Assembly (NCBI RefSeq): GCF_001194135.2
Contig: NC_068990.1
Coordinates: 31,687,872-31,751,871, forward strand
Length of the DNA: 64,000 nt
Reading direction: 5' to 3'
Source of the DNA: Octopus bimaculoides
Lineage: Eukaryota
The number at the start of each line of letters is the position of its first letter. Positions within the stretch are counted from its first letter, which is position 1. Positions 1 through 12,983 of the stretch are shown piece after piece. A program made the position numbers and the translations under genes. The notes under the pieces are model-generated. The model saw only the letters and a list, made by a program, of their open reading frames with translations, searched no databases and was not told where the DNA came from.

Positions 1-107
1 TATATATATATATATCCATAGATAAACATTTATATGCATATATATTCATACATACATATGCATATAACTATATATACATGCTTGCATATATATGCACTTT
101 GGGATAG

Positions 108-195
108 ATAAGTCTGGGATAGATTTTGTTCGATTAAACACTTCAAGGCTGCGTCACAGCATGGCCGCATTCCAATGACTGAAATAAGAGACAAG
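108..195 (+). mobile_element. SINE family A1, 3' tail fragment
   Basis: Matches the 3' end of the full copy at 20119-20553 (ATAAGTC..GG..GAT..CAGCATGGCCGCA..AATGACTGAAA). Confidence 0.6.
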
Positions 196-273
196 TGTTT
201 AATATGTATGCATGTACACTACATATATCTATGTATGTATATATGTACATATATGTAAACATTGAAGTGTTTA

Positions 274-305
274 TGTATGTATGTATGTATGTATGTATCT
301 GTCTG

Positions 306-383
<78 letters not shown>
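274..383. repeat. Compound microsatellite (GTAT)n(TCTA)n(TA)n
   Basis: Directly visible. Confidence 0.95.
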
Positions 384-387
<4 letters not shown>

Positions 388-431
388 GAGAGAGAAAGAG
401 AGATTATAAATTTATATAAACAAGGCGTACT

Positions 432-819
432 AGTGGCTGTGTGATAAGTAACTCGCTTCCCAACCACATGGTTCTGGGTTCAGTCCCACTGCGTGGCACT
501 TGGGTAAACTTCTTGTACTATATCCTCCGGCCGACCAAAGCCTTGTGAGTGGATTTGGTAGACGGAAATTGAAAGAAGCCCATCGTATATACATGCTAGT
601 GTGTGTGTGTGTGTGCGTGTGTGTGTCTCCTCACTATCGCTTGAGAACCGATGTTGGTGTATCTGCGTCCCCGTAACCTGGCGGTTCGGCAAGAGCGACC
701 GTTAGGATAAGTACTAGTCTTACAGGGAATAAGTCCTGGGGTCAATTTGTCCGACTAAAGGCGGTGCTACATCATGGCCGCAGCCAAATGACTGAAAAGA
801 ATAAAAGAATAAAAGAATA
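432..819 (+). mobile_element. tRNA-derived SINE family A1, full length
   Basis: Box A-like TGGCTGTGTG, box B-like GGGTTCAGTCCC, internal (GT)n hinge, (AAAAGAAT)n tail; homologous to 20119-20553. Confidence 0.85.
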
Positions 820-874
820 CATACATACATACATACAACATACATACATACAACATACATACATACAACATACA

Positions 875-904
<30 letters not shown>

Positions 905-906
<2 letters not shown>

Positions 907-1082
907 ACTGTGTTTGTTTCCTCACCGCTTGTCCATTGACGTTAGTTTATTCACGTCCCCATAACTTAGCGGTTCGGTAAACTGAACTGAAGAATAAGTA
1001 CAAAGCTTTATAGAGTAAGGTCTGCAATGGATTTTGTTCGATGAAACACTTCAGGGTGTCCCATGACTGAAATAAAAGACAA
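905..1082 (+). mobile_element. SINE family A1, 3' half
   Basis: CACGTCCCCATAACTTAGCGGTTCGG...ATGACTGAAAATAAAAG matches the A1 3' module. Confidence 0.7.
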
Positions 1083-1095
1083 ATGTTTAATATAT

Positions 1096-1296
1096 TTTCT
1101 TTAATTCCTTTACTTGTTTCAGTCATTTGAATGTGGCCATCCTGGAGCACTGCCTTTTAGTCGAGCAAATCGAGCCCAGGACTTATTCTTTGTTAGCCTA
1201 ATACTTACTCTATCGGTCTCTTATGCCGAACCGCTAAGTTATGGGGGACGTTAACGCACCAGCATCGATTGTCAAGTGATGTTGGGGGAACAAACT

Positions 1297-1357
<61 letters not shown>

Positions 1358-1515
1358 GTATGCAATATATACGACGGGCTTCTTTCAGTTTCCATCTACC
1401 AAATCCACTCACAAGGCTTTGGTCAGTCCGAGGCTATAGTAGAAGACACTTGCCCAAGGTGCCAAGCAGTGTGACTGAACCCGGAACCATGTGGTTGGTT
1501 AGCAAGCTACTCCTA
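1096..1515 (-). mobile_element. SINE family A1, full length
   Basis: Reverse complement of the A1 consensus, with an internal (CA)n hinge. Confidence 0.85.
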
Positions 1516-1702
1516 CGTGTGAATGTGTATGTGTGTGTATGTGTGTGAGTGCGTGCGTGCGTGCGTGAGTGCGAGTGCGCATGTGTATGCATACACGCAA
1601 ACACACCCTCTCCTAAGAAATTGTCCCTGACAAATACGTTTCCTTTTGTTGTTATTTATTGATACCTTCGTCAGTCTATCTTTCTATTAATCTATTCTTA
1701 GG

Positions 1703-1737
<35 letters not shown>

Positions 1738-1836
1738 GCACGTGCGCGCATCATACGTATTCGCGCACGTGTAAATCATATTTCATTTACATATGTATTT
1801 TAGAATGGATCGTATTTTGTTTTAACTATTGCATCT

Positions 1837-1838
<2 letters not shown>

Positions 1839-1886
<48 letters not shown>

Positions 1887-1916
1887 ATATGTATATATGT
1901 ACACAGATAGATTGAC

Positions 1917-1963
<47 letters not shown>

Positions 1964-1964
1964 C

Positions 1965-2004
<40 letters not shown>

Positions 2005-2005
2005 C
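1839..2005. repeat. (GT)n plus (GATA)n microsatellites
   Basis: Directly visible. Confidence 0.95.
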
Positions 2006-2073
2006 GATAAGTAATGATTGAGATATTGTGATATATTCGTCAGTTATATGTATACACACACGTATATACACAT

Positions 2074-2116
<43 letters not shown>

Positions 2117-2243
2117 TTTTAGGGAAAATTTTGGATTTTGTCCCTAATATTATTATTATTATTATTATATATAATATATATATATACCTATCTGTGCTCC
2201 AGCATGACCACAGCCGCACGGCTGAAACGAGTAAAAGAGTAAG

Positions 2244-2319
<76 letters not shown>

Positions 2320-2769
2320 TGTATACACACACAAGCACACACACACATACATACCGCAGTCCGCGGTGTAATTACGTTTACATATACACTTATTAGCAAT
2401 TAAAATATTATTTGGAATATTTCTAATACATACTTTTTAAAATTTTTCTTCGGTACATTTCCCAGTATAGAGTTTTCCTAAACCCAGTATCCCTACATTC
2501 CCACTCTTTATTCACATTTTCTATTACAAATGATCAATTTGCGATCTACAACTTATGGTAATATTTAGTTTAGCAAGAAAAATGCTATAATAACAGTGTA
2601 AGAATGTATGAGAAAATAGAAATGCTTTTCATCTTTTAGTATGTATCAATTAGTGAATGACATAAAAATTATGGATAAAAATGTTATATCTCTTTTCAGA
2701 CATGTTGTACATATGTTGCTAATATATAAATAACTCTCTTTCTCCCCCCCCACCCCGCCTCTGTCTCTA

Positions 2770-2805
2770 TCTCTCTCTCTCTATCTATCTATTTATGTCT
2801 GTCAG

Positions 2806-2845
<40 letters not shown>

Positions 2846-3160
2846 CTTACCAATATATGTATTTATACATGTATGTATTATGTATGTATGTATGTATGTA
2901 TGCATGTATGAGTGCATGCATGTATATAACTATCTATCTATCTATCTATCTTTCTACGTATGTGTGTATTTGTGTATGTACGTATGTACCTACCTACCTG
3001 CCTACCTACCTGCCTACCCTACCTACCTGCCTACCTACCCCTTCCCTGCCTCCCTCCCTACCTACCTACCATCCTACCTACCTACCTACCTATCTACGTA
3101 TGTATGGATGGATGCATGTATGTATCTGTCTATCCATTTATACACACACACACACACACG
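2770..3160. repeat. Compound (CT)/(TCTA)/(TATG)/(CCTA)/(CA) microsatellite field
   Basis: Directly visible; explains the ORFs at 2857-3257. Confidence 0.9.
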
Positions 3161-4632
3161 TGCAGCTATATGTCTGTATTTTTACAGAAATATATGCAGT
3201 CTTTTTAAGCATAATGATGTGTTAAAGATTTATATGTATCCTAGACACATTCACTAATATATGGCTACATAACGTGTGTTTGTGTGTTTGCACGTGTTCA
3301 TAATTACGTCGGTGTGTGCTTACACGTATGTGAATGTGTATTTATATTTTTTAATAATTCCTTGTATTTCACAAATATCAACAATATTTATAAACTAAGG
3401 TAATTACATATGTAAAGATATTTGTTTTAGTTTTTTTTACTGCACATACATGAACACTCATGTACATACATATACACGTACATATATTTATATGTATAGA
3501 TATACATGTGTGCGTGTGTGACTTTAGAAATAGAATTTGCACAGATTTGATTTTGTTTTCTTTATAAATCTATTAACAACAACAGATATGTTGGTCTGTG
3601 TGTTGTCTGCATATTACCTCTGTATTCCAAAGGGTAAAATAGATTTTCTTTTTTCCTTTTTTTTTTTTTTCGGTTTTTATAAAGTAAATATAGGTAAAAC
3701 TAAAAATTTTCGTAGTAAAATATTAATATAATTAATTCTGAAATTTTGTTTTATTCTGATAAATAAATCTGCTGAAAGTTACCTGAGAAATTTGTTTACA
3801 ACTTTCTCAAAATCTCAAACTATTTAAATAAATTTTAAATTGACTGTTTTTGTTTTATCTACAGAAATAGTTATTTAAAACAAATAACAACAACAACAAT
3901 AATAATAAAGGACTTATGAAATAGCTAAATATTTAAGATTTTCTGTTTCTTTTCAATTTACATATTTATCCTTTTTTGAAATAAAAACTTAATATTTCCA
4001 CTGAGTAACTTGCACCATAATTAATAAATATAAACTGATGAGCTTGTATGCCATCAATATTCAGAAAAAAAATCTTGCTCAACAAAAATATTTTCCAAGT
4101 GTATGGAGAGCTAATTCTATTTTATTATAAGTAAGAATACTAACAAAAGTTTTTTTTCACCTGAGAAATATAGCAATATCATTCAAGCTCACTAACTGCA
4201 TGAGGATGTTAAATACAGGTTTAACATTCACAATTAAGAAACTTTCTTCTTGAAATTAACCAATTCCTATTATCACTTTCCCTCAAAATATACCATAAAA
4301 AAACTAGGTTGCAAGCAGTTGCACAACTGTAAGGTATTTGACAAATGAAAGCTACACATCTATGAATTTAACCCCTTTATAACTCTGTAAGCACAAACTT
4401 TACTATTCAGTTAATTTTCAAAATAATCATGAATTTGGAAGGGTTTAGTTAAAATACTTCGTATTTATCTAGTGATATATTAAGTTGGTATTTGAAACAC
4501 ACAGAACACAAAGTTCTTAAATACCATTTTGATGGAGCCACCTAAAAATCATTCATTTAATTACAAGGCTTTTGAGGTGATTCTAATTTAAATATGAACA
4601 GGTGGTTTCAAGCAGATTAACAGCATGAGTAC

Positions 4633-4768
4633 ATGGCTGTATTATTAAGAAGTCACTTGACAATTCTATGATTTGGGGCTTGATTCTACTTTGCAACACT
4701 TTGAGCAAGTGTCTTCTACTATAACTTCAGCTTTACCAAAGCCTTTTTGAATGAAATTTGGTAGATGT
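4633..4768 (+). mobile_element. Degenerate SINE A head
   Basis: TTGAGCAAGTGTCTTCTACTATA...ACCAAAGCC...TTTGGTAGA matches the A head with CpG decay. Confidence 0.55.
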
Positions 4769-5560
4769 TACCATTTGATGGTATTTTTTTCCATTTCAAA
4801 TGCAAAAGTAATATACAGGCAAAACATATCTATTCTTTTTAAAAGATTTATAAAGTAAACAAAATGAAATTTGTTCATATTCTTGTTTTAAAGTCTCACA
4901 CACACACACACACACACACACAATGCATGCACACTCATAAACTATGTTTTTGCTTAACTCTGTCACTCAGTTTAACACCATCCATGACTTTGAATTTTCC
5001 CTTCTCTTCTTCCCATTAGTCTTGATGACCCTTGAATAAAGTCATGAATATTGTCTTTAGACCACTTCTGACTATGTTATAAAAATATGCACCTATGTTT
5101 TTGGTACATGCTGTCTTAGCCATCTTGATACAGATAAGGTTAAAAATGCCATATATGCAGCACCTTATTCTAATGCGGTTTATCATTGAATCATTGATAT
5201 TATGTAAAATACGGAATTGTAAAGCAAATATATCAGTACTTCACCAACTTAACAACCATTTAGTACTACTAACTGGGAAAATATGTAAAAGTGCTAAACA
5301 ATTATTTTGACAGAAATTTCACCTTTTGTCTTTTCATATTTTGGTATTATATTATGAATATCTTTTTAATTGTATATCTTAGAAACATTAGAAATACTAT
5401 AAATTATTAATTAAGAATTATTGCTGCTATTTGCGTGTGAAATATTTACTTCATCATTGATTCATATTCCGTTATGAAATTTCTGGTGTGAAAATGTTGA
5501 TCATAGAATTATTAAAGAAAAGCATTTTATTTATTAATATTTATTTCAATACATAAAATG

Positions 5561-5743
5561 GTGAGCTGATAGAATCATTAGCATGCCAGCAAAACACTTA
5601 GTGGCTCCTCACTCATCTTTATGTTCTTGCCTTTTATCCTTTTGGGTTGATAAATTAAGTACCAGTTGAACACTGAGGTCAATGTAATCGACTTACCCAG
5701 CTGCCCGAAATTGCTGGCCTTGTGCCAAAATTTGAAACCAATA
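5561..5743 (+). mobile_element. SINE family B
   Basis: GTGAGCTGATAGAATC..GCCTTTTATCCTTT..ATAAATTAAGTACCAG..GGCCTTGTGCCAAAATTTGAAACC; homologous to 39217-39461 and 41843-42060. Confidence 0.75.
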
Positions 5744-7542
5744 TTTATTTCAATGCTAGACTTATTCCTTTGACAAATGAAAGAAATAAATATAAACTCT
5801 AAACTAACTCAGAGTAACATTGAAAAATGTAATTTTTTTTTTATTATCTAGTGGTTATTTTATCAAATGATAAATTGATAAAATGTTTTTGAACTTTTAT
5901 CAGTTTTGATACTCTTTCATTCTGGCCCTAAAATGTCCCCAATTAACTGTAGCAGAAGACAGAAATATATATTAATTCATACATACTCATATATATATAT
6001 ATATATATATANNNNNNNNNNNNNNNNNNNNNNNNNNNNNNNNNNNNNNNNNNNNNNNNNNNNNNNNNNNNNNNNNNNNNNNNNNNNNNNNNNNNNNNNN
6101 NNNNNNNNNNNNNNNNNNNNNNNNNNNNNNNNNNNNNNNNNNNNNNNNNNNNNNNNNNNNNNNNNNNNNNNNNNNNNNNNNNNNNNNNNNNNNNNNNNNN
6201 NNNNNNNNNNNNNNNNNNNNNNNNNNNNNNNNNNNNNNNNNNNNNNNNNNNNNNNNNNNNNNNNNNNNNNNNNNNNNNNNNNNNNNNNNNNNNNNNNNNN
6301 NNNNNNNNNNNNNNNNNNNNNNNNNNNNNNNNNNNNNNNNNNNNNNNNNNNNNNNNNNNNNNNNNNNNNNNNNNNNNNNNNNNNNNNNNNNNNNNNNNNN
6401 NNNNNNNNNNNNNNNNNNNNNNNNNNNNNNNNNNNNNNNNNNNNNNNNNNNNNNNNNNNNNNNNNNNNNNNNNNNNNNNNNNNNNNNNNNNNNNNNNNNN
6501 NNNNNNNNNNNNNNNNNNNNNTATATATATATGATAGATATACATACATACATGTGCATATTGTTCCTAGTCTCCAGAGTATTCTACTTTGGATATTGTA
6601 GGGAAAGAAGCAAAATTCATATATTGATTTTTTTTTTTTTTTTCAATGTCAACATAAGAGAAAGAATTAGATTGTAAGAATAAAACATTCCATCTGACAG
6701 ACACATCCCATCCCCTTGTGAGTTTAAAACAAGCTAAGAGAAAACTGCAGACTAAGAGATTGAAAGCAAGTCCAGTAAGAACGGTGTTTAAAATTGTTAC
6801 TTTTGTGAGGGTGGAGATAAAGGGGAGATCAACAAGTTTGATGTTCTAGGTGACAGATTTCTAGGTAAAAATGAAATGAGTGTTACGTCTTGTGTGTTGC
6901 AACTATATGACAGATAGAGAGAAATCTGCCAAGGCATAGAGTGGGAAATGCATTGGATATGAAGTAGCTGTCACTTCCCTTATCATTTATTTAAGCAATA
7001 GGATGGACAACTATTACAAACCCTTAAAAATTGCTAAAAACACTTGTTTTATGTATTATTTTTTTAAAGATGTTTCTGTAATCTTAGTGGTTAAAGTTTT
7101 AATATGCAGGATTGAAAAATAGTCCTTCTTCAATTTTATATTGTTCTTTATTTACAATTAACTGTATGCAGTGTATGCATGTGTGTGTCTATGTGTGTGC
7201 ACACAGCTTTGTGTATGCATGCGTGCATGTGTGTGTGTGTGTGTGTGTGTGACAAATGCAACTCAGAGTAATGGGATGGAAAACTTCCAAGTTTTTTGAA
7301 TGAATAAATAAAATGTGTTGACATATAAACTCCTTAATGTCTGGAAAATATAAAAAACACACAATAAATCAACGACCATAGTTCAACACCATATTTCTAT
7401 CTTTGACTATCAATCTGTCTCTATGTCTTCATATGTTTATCTCTCTACCTATCTATCTGTCAGTCCTCTATTCTTTCATTTTCATTGTATTAAATTATAC
7501 ATTTTGTTTTAATGTTCCCAATTTTTCCTTTAATGACTATAT

Positions 7543-7757
7543 TACTAGCATGTCAGACAAAATGCTTAGCTGCATTTCTTCCAATTCTTTGTGATCTGAG
7601 TTCAAATTTCACTGGGGTCACATTTGCCTTTCATCCTCTCGAGGCTGGTGAAATAAGTCCCAAGTGAGCTCTGCGGTTGATGTCATCAAGTAGCTCCGTC
7701 CTACAAAATTTCAGGCCTTGTGTTTATAGTAAAAACGACTACTACTACTACTACTAA

Positions 7758-7790
<33 letters not shown>

Positions 7791-7925
7791 TACCAAAGTT
7801 CAAATACTGCCAAGATCAACTTTGCCCCCCCCCCTTATCCTTCCAGGATCAAAAAGTAAAGTATTGGAGCTGATATAATCAATTATATCCTCCCCTAATT
7901 TTCTGACCATGTGTCTATGGTAAAA
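7543..7925 (+). mobile_element. Two SINE B remnants separated by (CTA)n
   Basis: AAAATGCTTAGC..TCTGAGTTCAAATT..GCCTTTCATCC; a second GTTCAAATACTGCCAAGATCAACTTTGCC starts near 7797. Confidence 0.6.
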
Positions 7926-8107
7926 ATATATTAGCAACAGATTGCAGAATCATTAGCTATTAGTGTTTTGTTTTAATCTTAATATTCTGAGCTTAAGTTT
8001 ATCTTTCATCACACGAGGTGTATATATCATATATACCCTATTATTATTATTATTATTATTATCATTATTATTATTACTATTATTATTATTATTATTATTA
8101 TCTGAAG

Positions 8108-8320
8108 ACAGTGAGCTGGTAGAATCATCACCACACTGGGCAAAAGGCTTAATAGCATTTTGTCCAATCTCTGCATTCTGAGTTCAGATTCAGCCAAGGT
8201 TCACATTGCTTTCCATTCTTTCGGTGTCGATAAAATAAGTGTCAATTGAACACTGGGATTGATGTAATCGACTTACCCACCTCCCCTGAACTTGCTGGCT
8301 TTGTGCCAAAATGTGAAGTC
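8108..8320 (+). mobile_element. SINE family B
   Basis: Homology to other B copies; preceded by (TTA)n at 8040-8101. Confidence 0.7.
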
Positions 8321-8473
8321 ATCATTATTTTTTTTTTTTCTTTGTAACTTGGATTTTGTTGGAACTCCTGAAATTTTGCATGCATAGCAGGCCTGCTACT
8401 TGCAGCCTATTGTACCATGCTGTGTTCTTTTCAGCTATCTAATACTTTCCCAATTATTCTGGCCATTATTATA

Positions 8474-8526
<53 letters not shown>

Positions 8527-8569
8527 CCTTCTCCAAAGTATGTGGCCTCCACATATGTTAGAAATGAAT

Positions 8570-8990
8570 ATTTGTGAAATGAATATTTGGTAAAAAGTTT
8601 GCTTCCCAAATTGTGGTTTCCAGTTCAGTCCCACAACATGACACCTTAGACAAGTGTCATCTACTCTAGTGTTCAGATGACCAAAGCCATATATACATAC
8701 ATATATATATATCTATATAATGGTGTATGAATGCATTTGTGTTTGTGTCTCCTTGTCTTAACATCACATGATAGTTGTAAAAGTGAGTGTCACTGTTATA
8801 CAAGCAGTGTCATTTATTTCCAATATTCTGCAAAGAAAAAAAAAGTCTGGTCATCGGTAAAATATTACTTTGCTTGGAAACAGGTAAGTATTGGTGACAG
8901 GAAAGGCATCTGGCCATCAGCCTTAACAAACTTCATCTGATTCATTCATGCATCGAAAAGTGGACATCAAAATGATGATGATGACGATGA
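8570..8990 (+). mobile_element. SINE family A2 (A head, alternative body, (ATG)n tail)
   Basis: A head, microsatellite hinge, GATAGTTGTAAA..GGAAACAGGT..AAAAGTGGACATCAAAATGATGATG; homologous to 17290-17660. Confidence 0.65.
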
Positions 8991-9796
8991 CGACATATTT
9001 TTCCATCATTCTCATGACTCATTTTATATAAGAATTGTTTGGCTCTAACATTCTGGTTATCTCTAATTCCAGATCATTATACATGGATAATTTCTTCAAT
9101 TGCTTGAGAGATACATTGTCATCTGTGGGGACTGATGCTTGGATTGATGGAGAAGGGGTCAAATCTATTTCTGGTGATTCTTGACCAACAATAATCCAGT
9201 CAATTTGCCTAAATTTGTCTTGTGACATGTTTCAGAGTATGGTGTCCTTGTCATTCTCAGATCTTTTTCTATTGTATGTTTATAAGACCTCTTTTCTATT
9301 AGTATTTCATAATGCTGCCGTAACTTCCACTATATGTAAATCTTAAACTCTGTCATGCCTGTAAATATATTTGAAGGATGTGGTTGATCTAATCGACTAC
9401 ACTCCCCCACAACAATTATGATATTGTACTCATGTTATTTATGAATACTATTTTACTGTTTAATTATTGTTAGTGTTTTAATCATTTTCGTTTTATTGAT
9501 AGTAAATAGAAGCTTCAAAAGCTGTTGAAAAATGTGTGATTGCTTCTGAACTATGGATTCCACTTTTGTTTTGCTTTGTATCACCTTCTATTTATATACA
9601 GAATAAGTCAACAGCCCTATGCAAGACTATTTCATTCCCTTTTTTCTGTGCTATTTTATGTTGCAAATATATATTTGACTTATTTATAATTTATAATACA
9701 TATTCATCAAACAATAATAATACATTTTTACTGTTCCTACCTATTATTTATATAATAGTTAAGTAGTAGCTTGCCGGAATTAGTCACAATTCCATG

Positions 9797-10420
9797 TTAA
9801 ACTCTACTGTACATTTGTGATTAAATTGGTATACCTACANNNNNNNNNNNNNNNNNNNNNNNNNNNNNNNNNNNNNNNNNNNNNNNNNNNNNNNNNNNNN
9901 NNNNNNNNNNNNNNNNNNNNNNNNNNNNNNNNNNNNNGTGATATTTTCTACAAATACCTTTCAGACGGTGTAGATTACGATTATATCGGATGATTCACAC
10001 GAGTCGACTTTGTTTCCTCGTAACTTAAAAAAAAACGGATACTTTTTAATGAAATTTTCCACAAATACTTTGCAGAAGGTGTAGATTACGATTATATCGG
10101 AATTTATTACGAAAAGTTGATAGGCAAGCACACATACATACTGACACATGTCATATACATCTCTACAAAATAAGACTTGAAATTTTGGAAAAAAAAATAT
10201 GTAATAAGTGTCAATGTGTATATGTGTGCATCGACCAATTTTTTTATTTTGTTTACGTTAAATTCCGATATAATCATAATCTGCACTCTCTGAAAGGTGT
10301 TTGTAGAAAATTTCATTAAAAAATATCCATTTTCAGAAAGTTATGAGTGAACTAAATCGAGGTTTGGGATACATGTGTAGGTATGCCATAAAGTTTTAAT
10401 AAATGATCGTGTCTACTTTA
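9797..10420. mobile_element. Non-autonomous DNA transposon-like foldback with subterminal repeats
   Basis: The roughly 54-bp unit ATTTTCYACAAATAC..GGTGTAGATTACGATTATATCGGA occurs twice direct (about 9938-9990 and 10048-10101) and once inverted (about 10263-10328). GGTATACCTACA and TGTAGGTATGCC are inverted near the ends. Spans a gap. Confidence 0.45.
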
Positions 10421-11171
10421 GTAGCATTTTATTTTTATTTTCTATTCTAGCACTCGCATATTCATCTATGTTAATAAACATTTTTATGTATAAATGCATG
10501 TTAGTCAATTTTGTTGTTACTTTGGGAAAGTTTTTTTTTTTTTTAATTCAAAACTTTGTTGGTATGATCAATAAATATGGCAAACGGAAATACAACTCAC
10601 TGAAAAAAAGTCACAATTTTGGTTAGGAAAAATATCACTAGAAAATAGGTAACATTTTATAGCTATACTAATATATTAGCATAGCTCGACAATACATAAC
10701 TTTCAGGAACTCGCGATTCATATAATGGCCACGTGAAAAACTTCTATTCAGTATATTAAATACAATAGTAATCCCCACCCAAAGAGAAAAATTTAAGTTT
10801 TACTTTCAATTTTTCCTGGGTTTACCAACAACAAAACTTATAACTTCATCTCAACAAGCTTGCATCAGATCTCTGTGTGTGTGTATGTGTATGCGTGTAT
10901 GTGTGCATGCATGACGAAATTTCTCAACTAGTCTCATACTTCCAAAACATTTTTTCAGCTTCAAATGCATGTGCACGGGACTACTGTAAACAACAAAGGT
11001 TTTCATGTGTATTTAGCTGTTTTCTGCTTTAATGATCTTCACAGGTTTTCGTTTCCCCCTACTGTGATATTCAAAGCATGCAAAGACACACATGTGCATA
11101 AGAATGAGCGCAAATGTTTGTTTCATAAATATATGTACATATGTGTGTGTGTAATGCATATATATATATAT

Positions 11172-11219
<48 letters not shown>

Positions 11220-12442
11220 ACGTGTGTGTGTACAGACAGACATGGATACACTGTATACGTTTATGTACAGGTATATATGTGTGTGAATATAATGTATGCA
11301 TATGTTCGCATATANNNNNNNNNNNNNNNNNNNNNNNNNNNNNNNNNNNNNNNNNNNNNNNNNNNNNNNNNNNNNNNNNNNNNNNNNNNNNNNNNNNNNN
11401 NNNNNNNNNNNNNNNNNNNNNNNNNNNNNNNNNNNNNNNNNNNNNNNNNNNNNNNNNNNNNNNNNNNNNNNNNNNNNNNNNNNNNNNNNNNNNNNNNNNN
11501 NNNNNNNNNNNNNNNNNNNNNNNNNNNNNNNNNNNNNNNNNNNNNNNNNNNNNNNNNNNNNNNNNNNNNNNNNNNNNNNNNNNNNNNNNNNNNNNNNNNN
11601 NNNNNNNNNNNNNNNNNNNNNNNNNNNNNNNNNNNNNNNNNNNNNNNNNNNNNNNNNNNNNNNNNNNNNNNNNNNNNNNNNNNNNNNNNNNNNNNNNNNN
11701 NNNNNNNNNNNNNNNNNNNNNNNNNNNNNNNNNNNNNNNNNNNNNNNNNNNNNNNNNNNNNNNNNNNNNNNNNNNNNNNNNNNNNNNNNNNNNNNNNNNN
11801 NNNNNNNNNNNNNNNNNNNNNNNNNNNNNNNNNNNNNNNNNNNNNNNNNNNNNNNNNNNNNNNNNNNNNNNNNNNNNNNNNNNNNNNNNNNNNNNNNNNN
11901 NNNNNNNNNNNNNNNNNNNNNNNNNNNNNNNNNNNNNNNNNNNNNNNNNNNNNNNNNNNNNNNNNNNNNNNNNNNNNNNNNNNNNNNNNNNNNNNNNNNN
12001 NNNNNNNNNNNNNNNNNNNNNNNNNNNNNNNNNNNNNNNNNNNNNNNNNNNNNNNNNNNNNNNNNNNNNNNNNNNNNNNNNNNNNNNNNNNNNNNNNNNN
12101 NNNNNNNNNNNNNNNNNNNNNNNNNNNNNNNNNNNNNNNNNNNNNNNNNNNNNNNNNNNNNNNNNNNNNNNNNNNNNNNNNNNNNNNNNNNNNNNNNNNN
12201 NNNNNNNNNNNNNNNNNNNTCAGCTTCAAATGCATGTGCACGGGACTACTGTAAACAACAAAGGTTTTCATGTGTATTTAGCTGTTTTCTGCTTTAATGA
12301 TCTTCACAGGTTTTCGTTTCCCCCTACTGTGATATTCAAAGCATGCAAAGACACACATGTGCATAAGAATGAGCGCAAATGTTTGTTTCATAAATATATG
12401 TACATATGTGTGTGTGTAATGCATATATATATATATGTATAA

Positions 12443-12813
12443 TACTTGTTTCCATCGGTAGAGTGCGGCCAGGTTGGAAAATTAATCGAATGAATCGAGC
12501 CCAGTACTTTTGTTTAAAGCCTGGTACTTATTCTATCGGTCCCTTTCGCCAAGCCGCTAAACTATGGAGACGTAAACACAGCAACAACGGTTGTCAAGTA
12601 GTGGGTGTGGAACTAACACACACACGTGTGCGTGCATATATATACGACGTATATATATATATATATACATACGATGGATTTCCGTCTACCAAATCTACTT
12701 ACAAGACTTTGGACGGCCCAAAGCTATTGTAGAAGGCATTTGCGTAAGGTGTCACACAGTGGGACTGAACCCGGAGCCATGTGGTTGGAAAGCAGACTTC
12801 TTACCGCAGCCAC
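12443..12813 (-). mobile_element. SINE family A1
   Basis: Reverse-complement homology to the A1 head and tail. Confidence 0.8.
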
Positions 12814-12834
12814 AGATAAACATATTGTATACGC

Positions 12835-12889
<55 letters not shown>

Positions 12890-12943
12890 CAGATCATGTA
12901 TGCATAATATAAATTCATATATTATATATGTATATTATATATA

Positions 12944-12983
<40 letters not shown>

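Noticed and set aside
10955-12436. Identical sequence of about 215 bp on both sides of the 11315-12219 gap
   Set aside because: Perfect identity at a contig edge points to an unmerged overlap or haplotype artefact, not a biological duplication.
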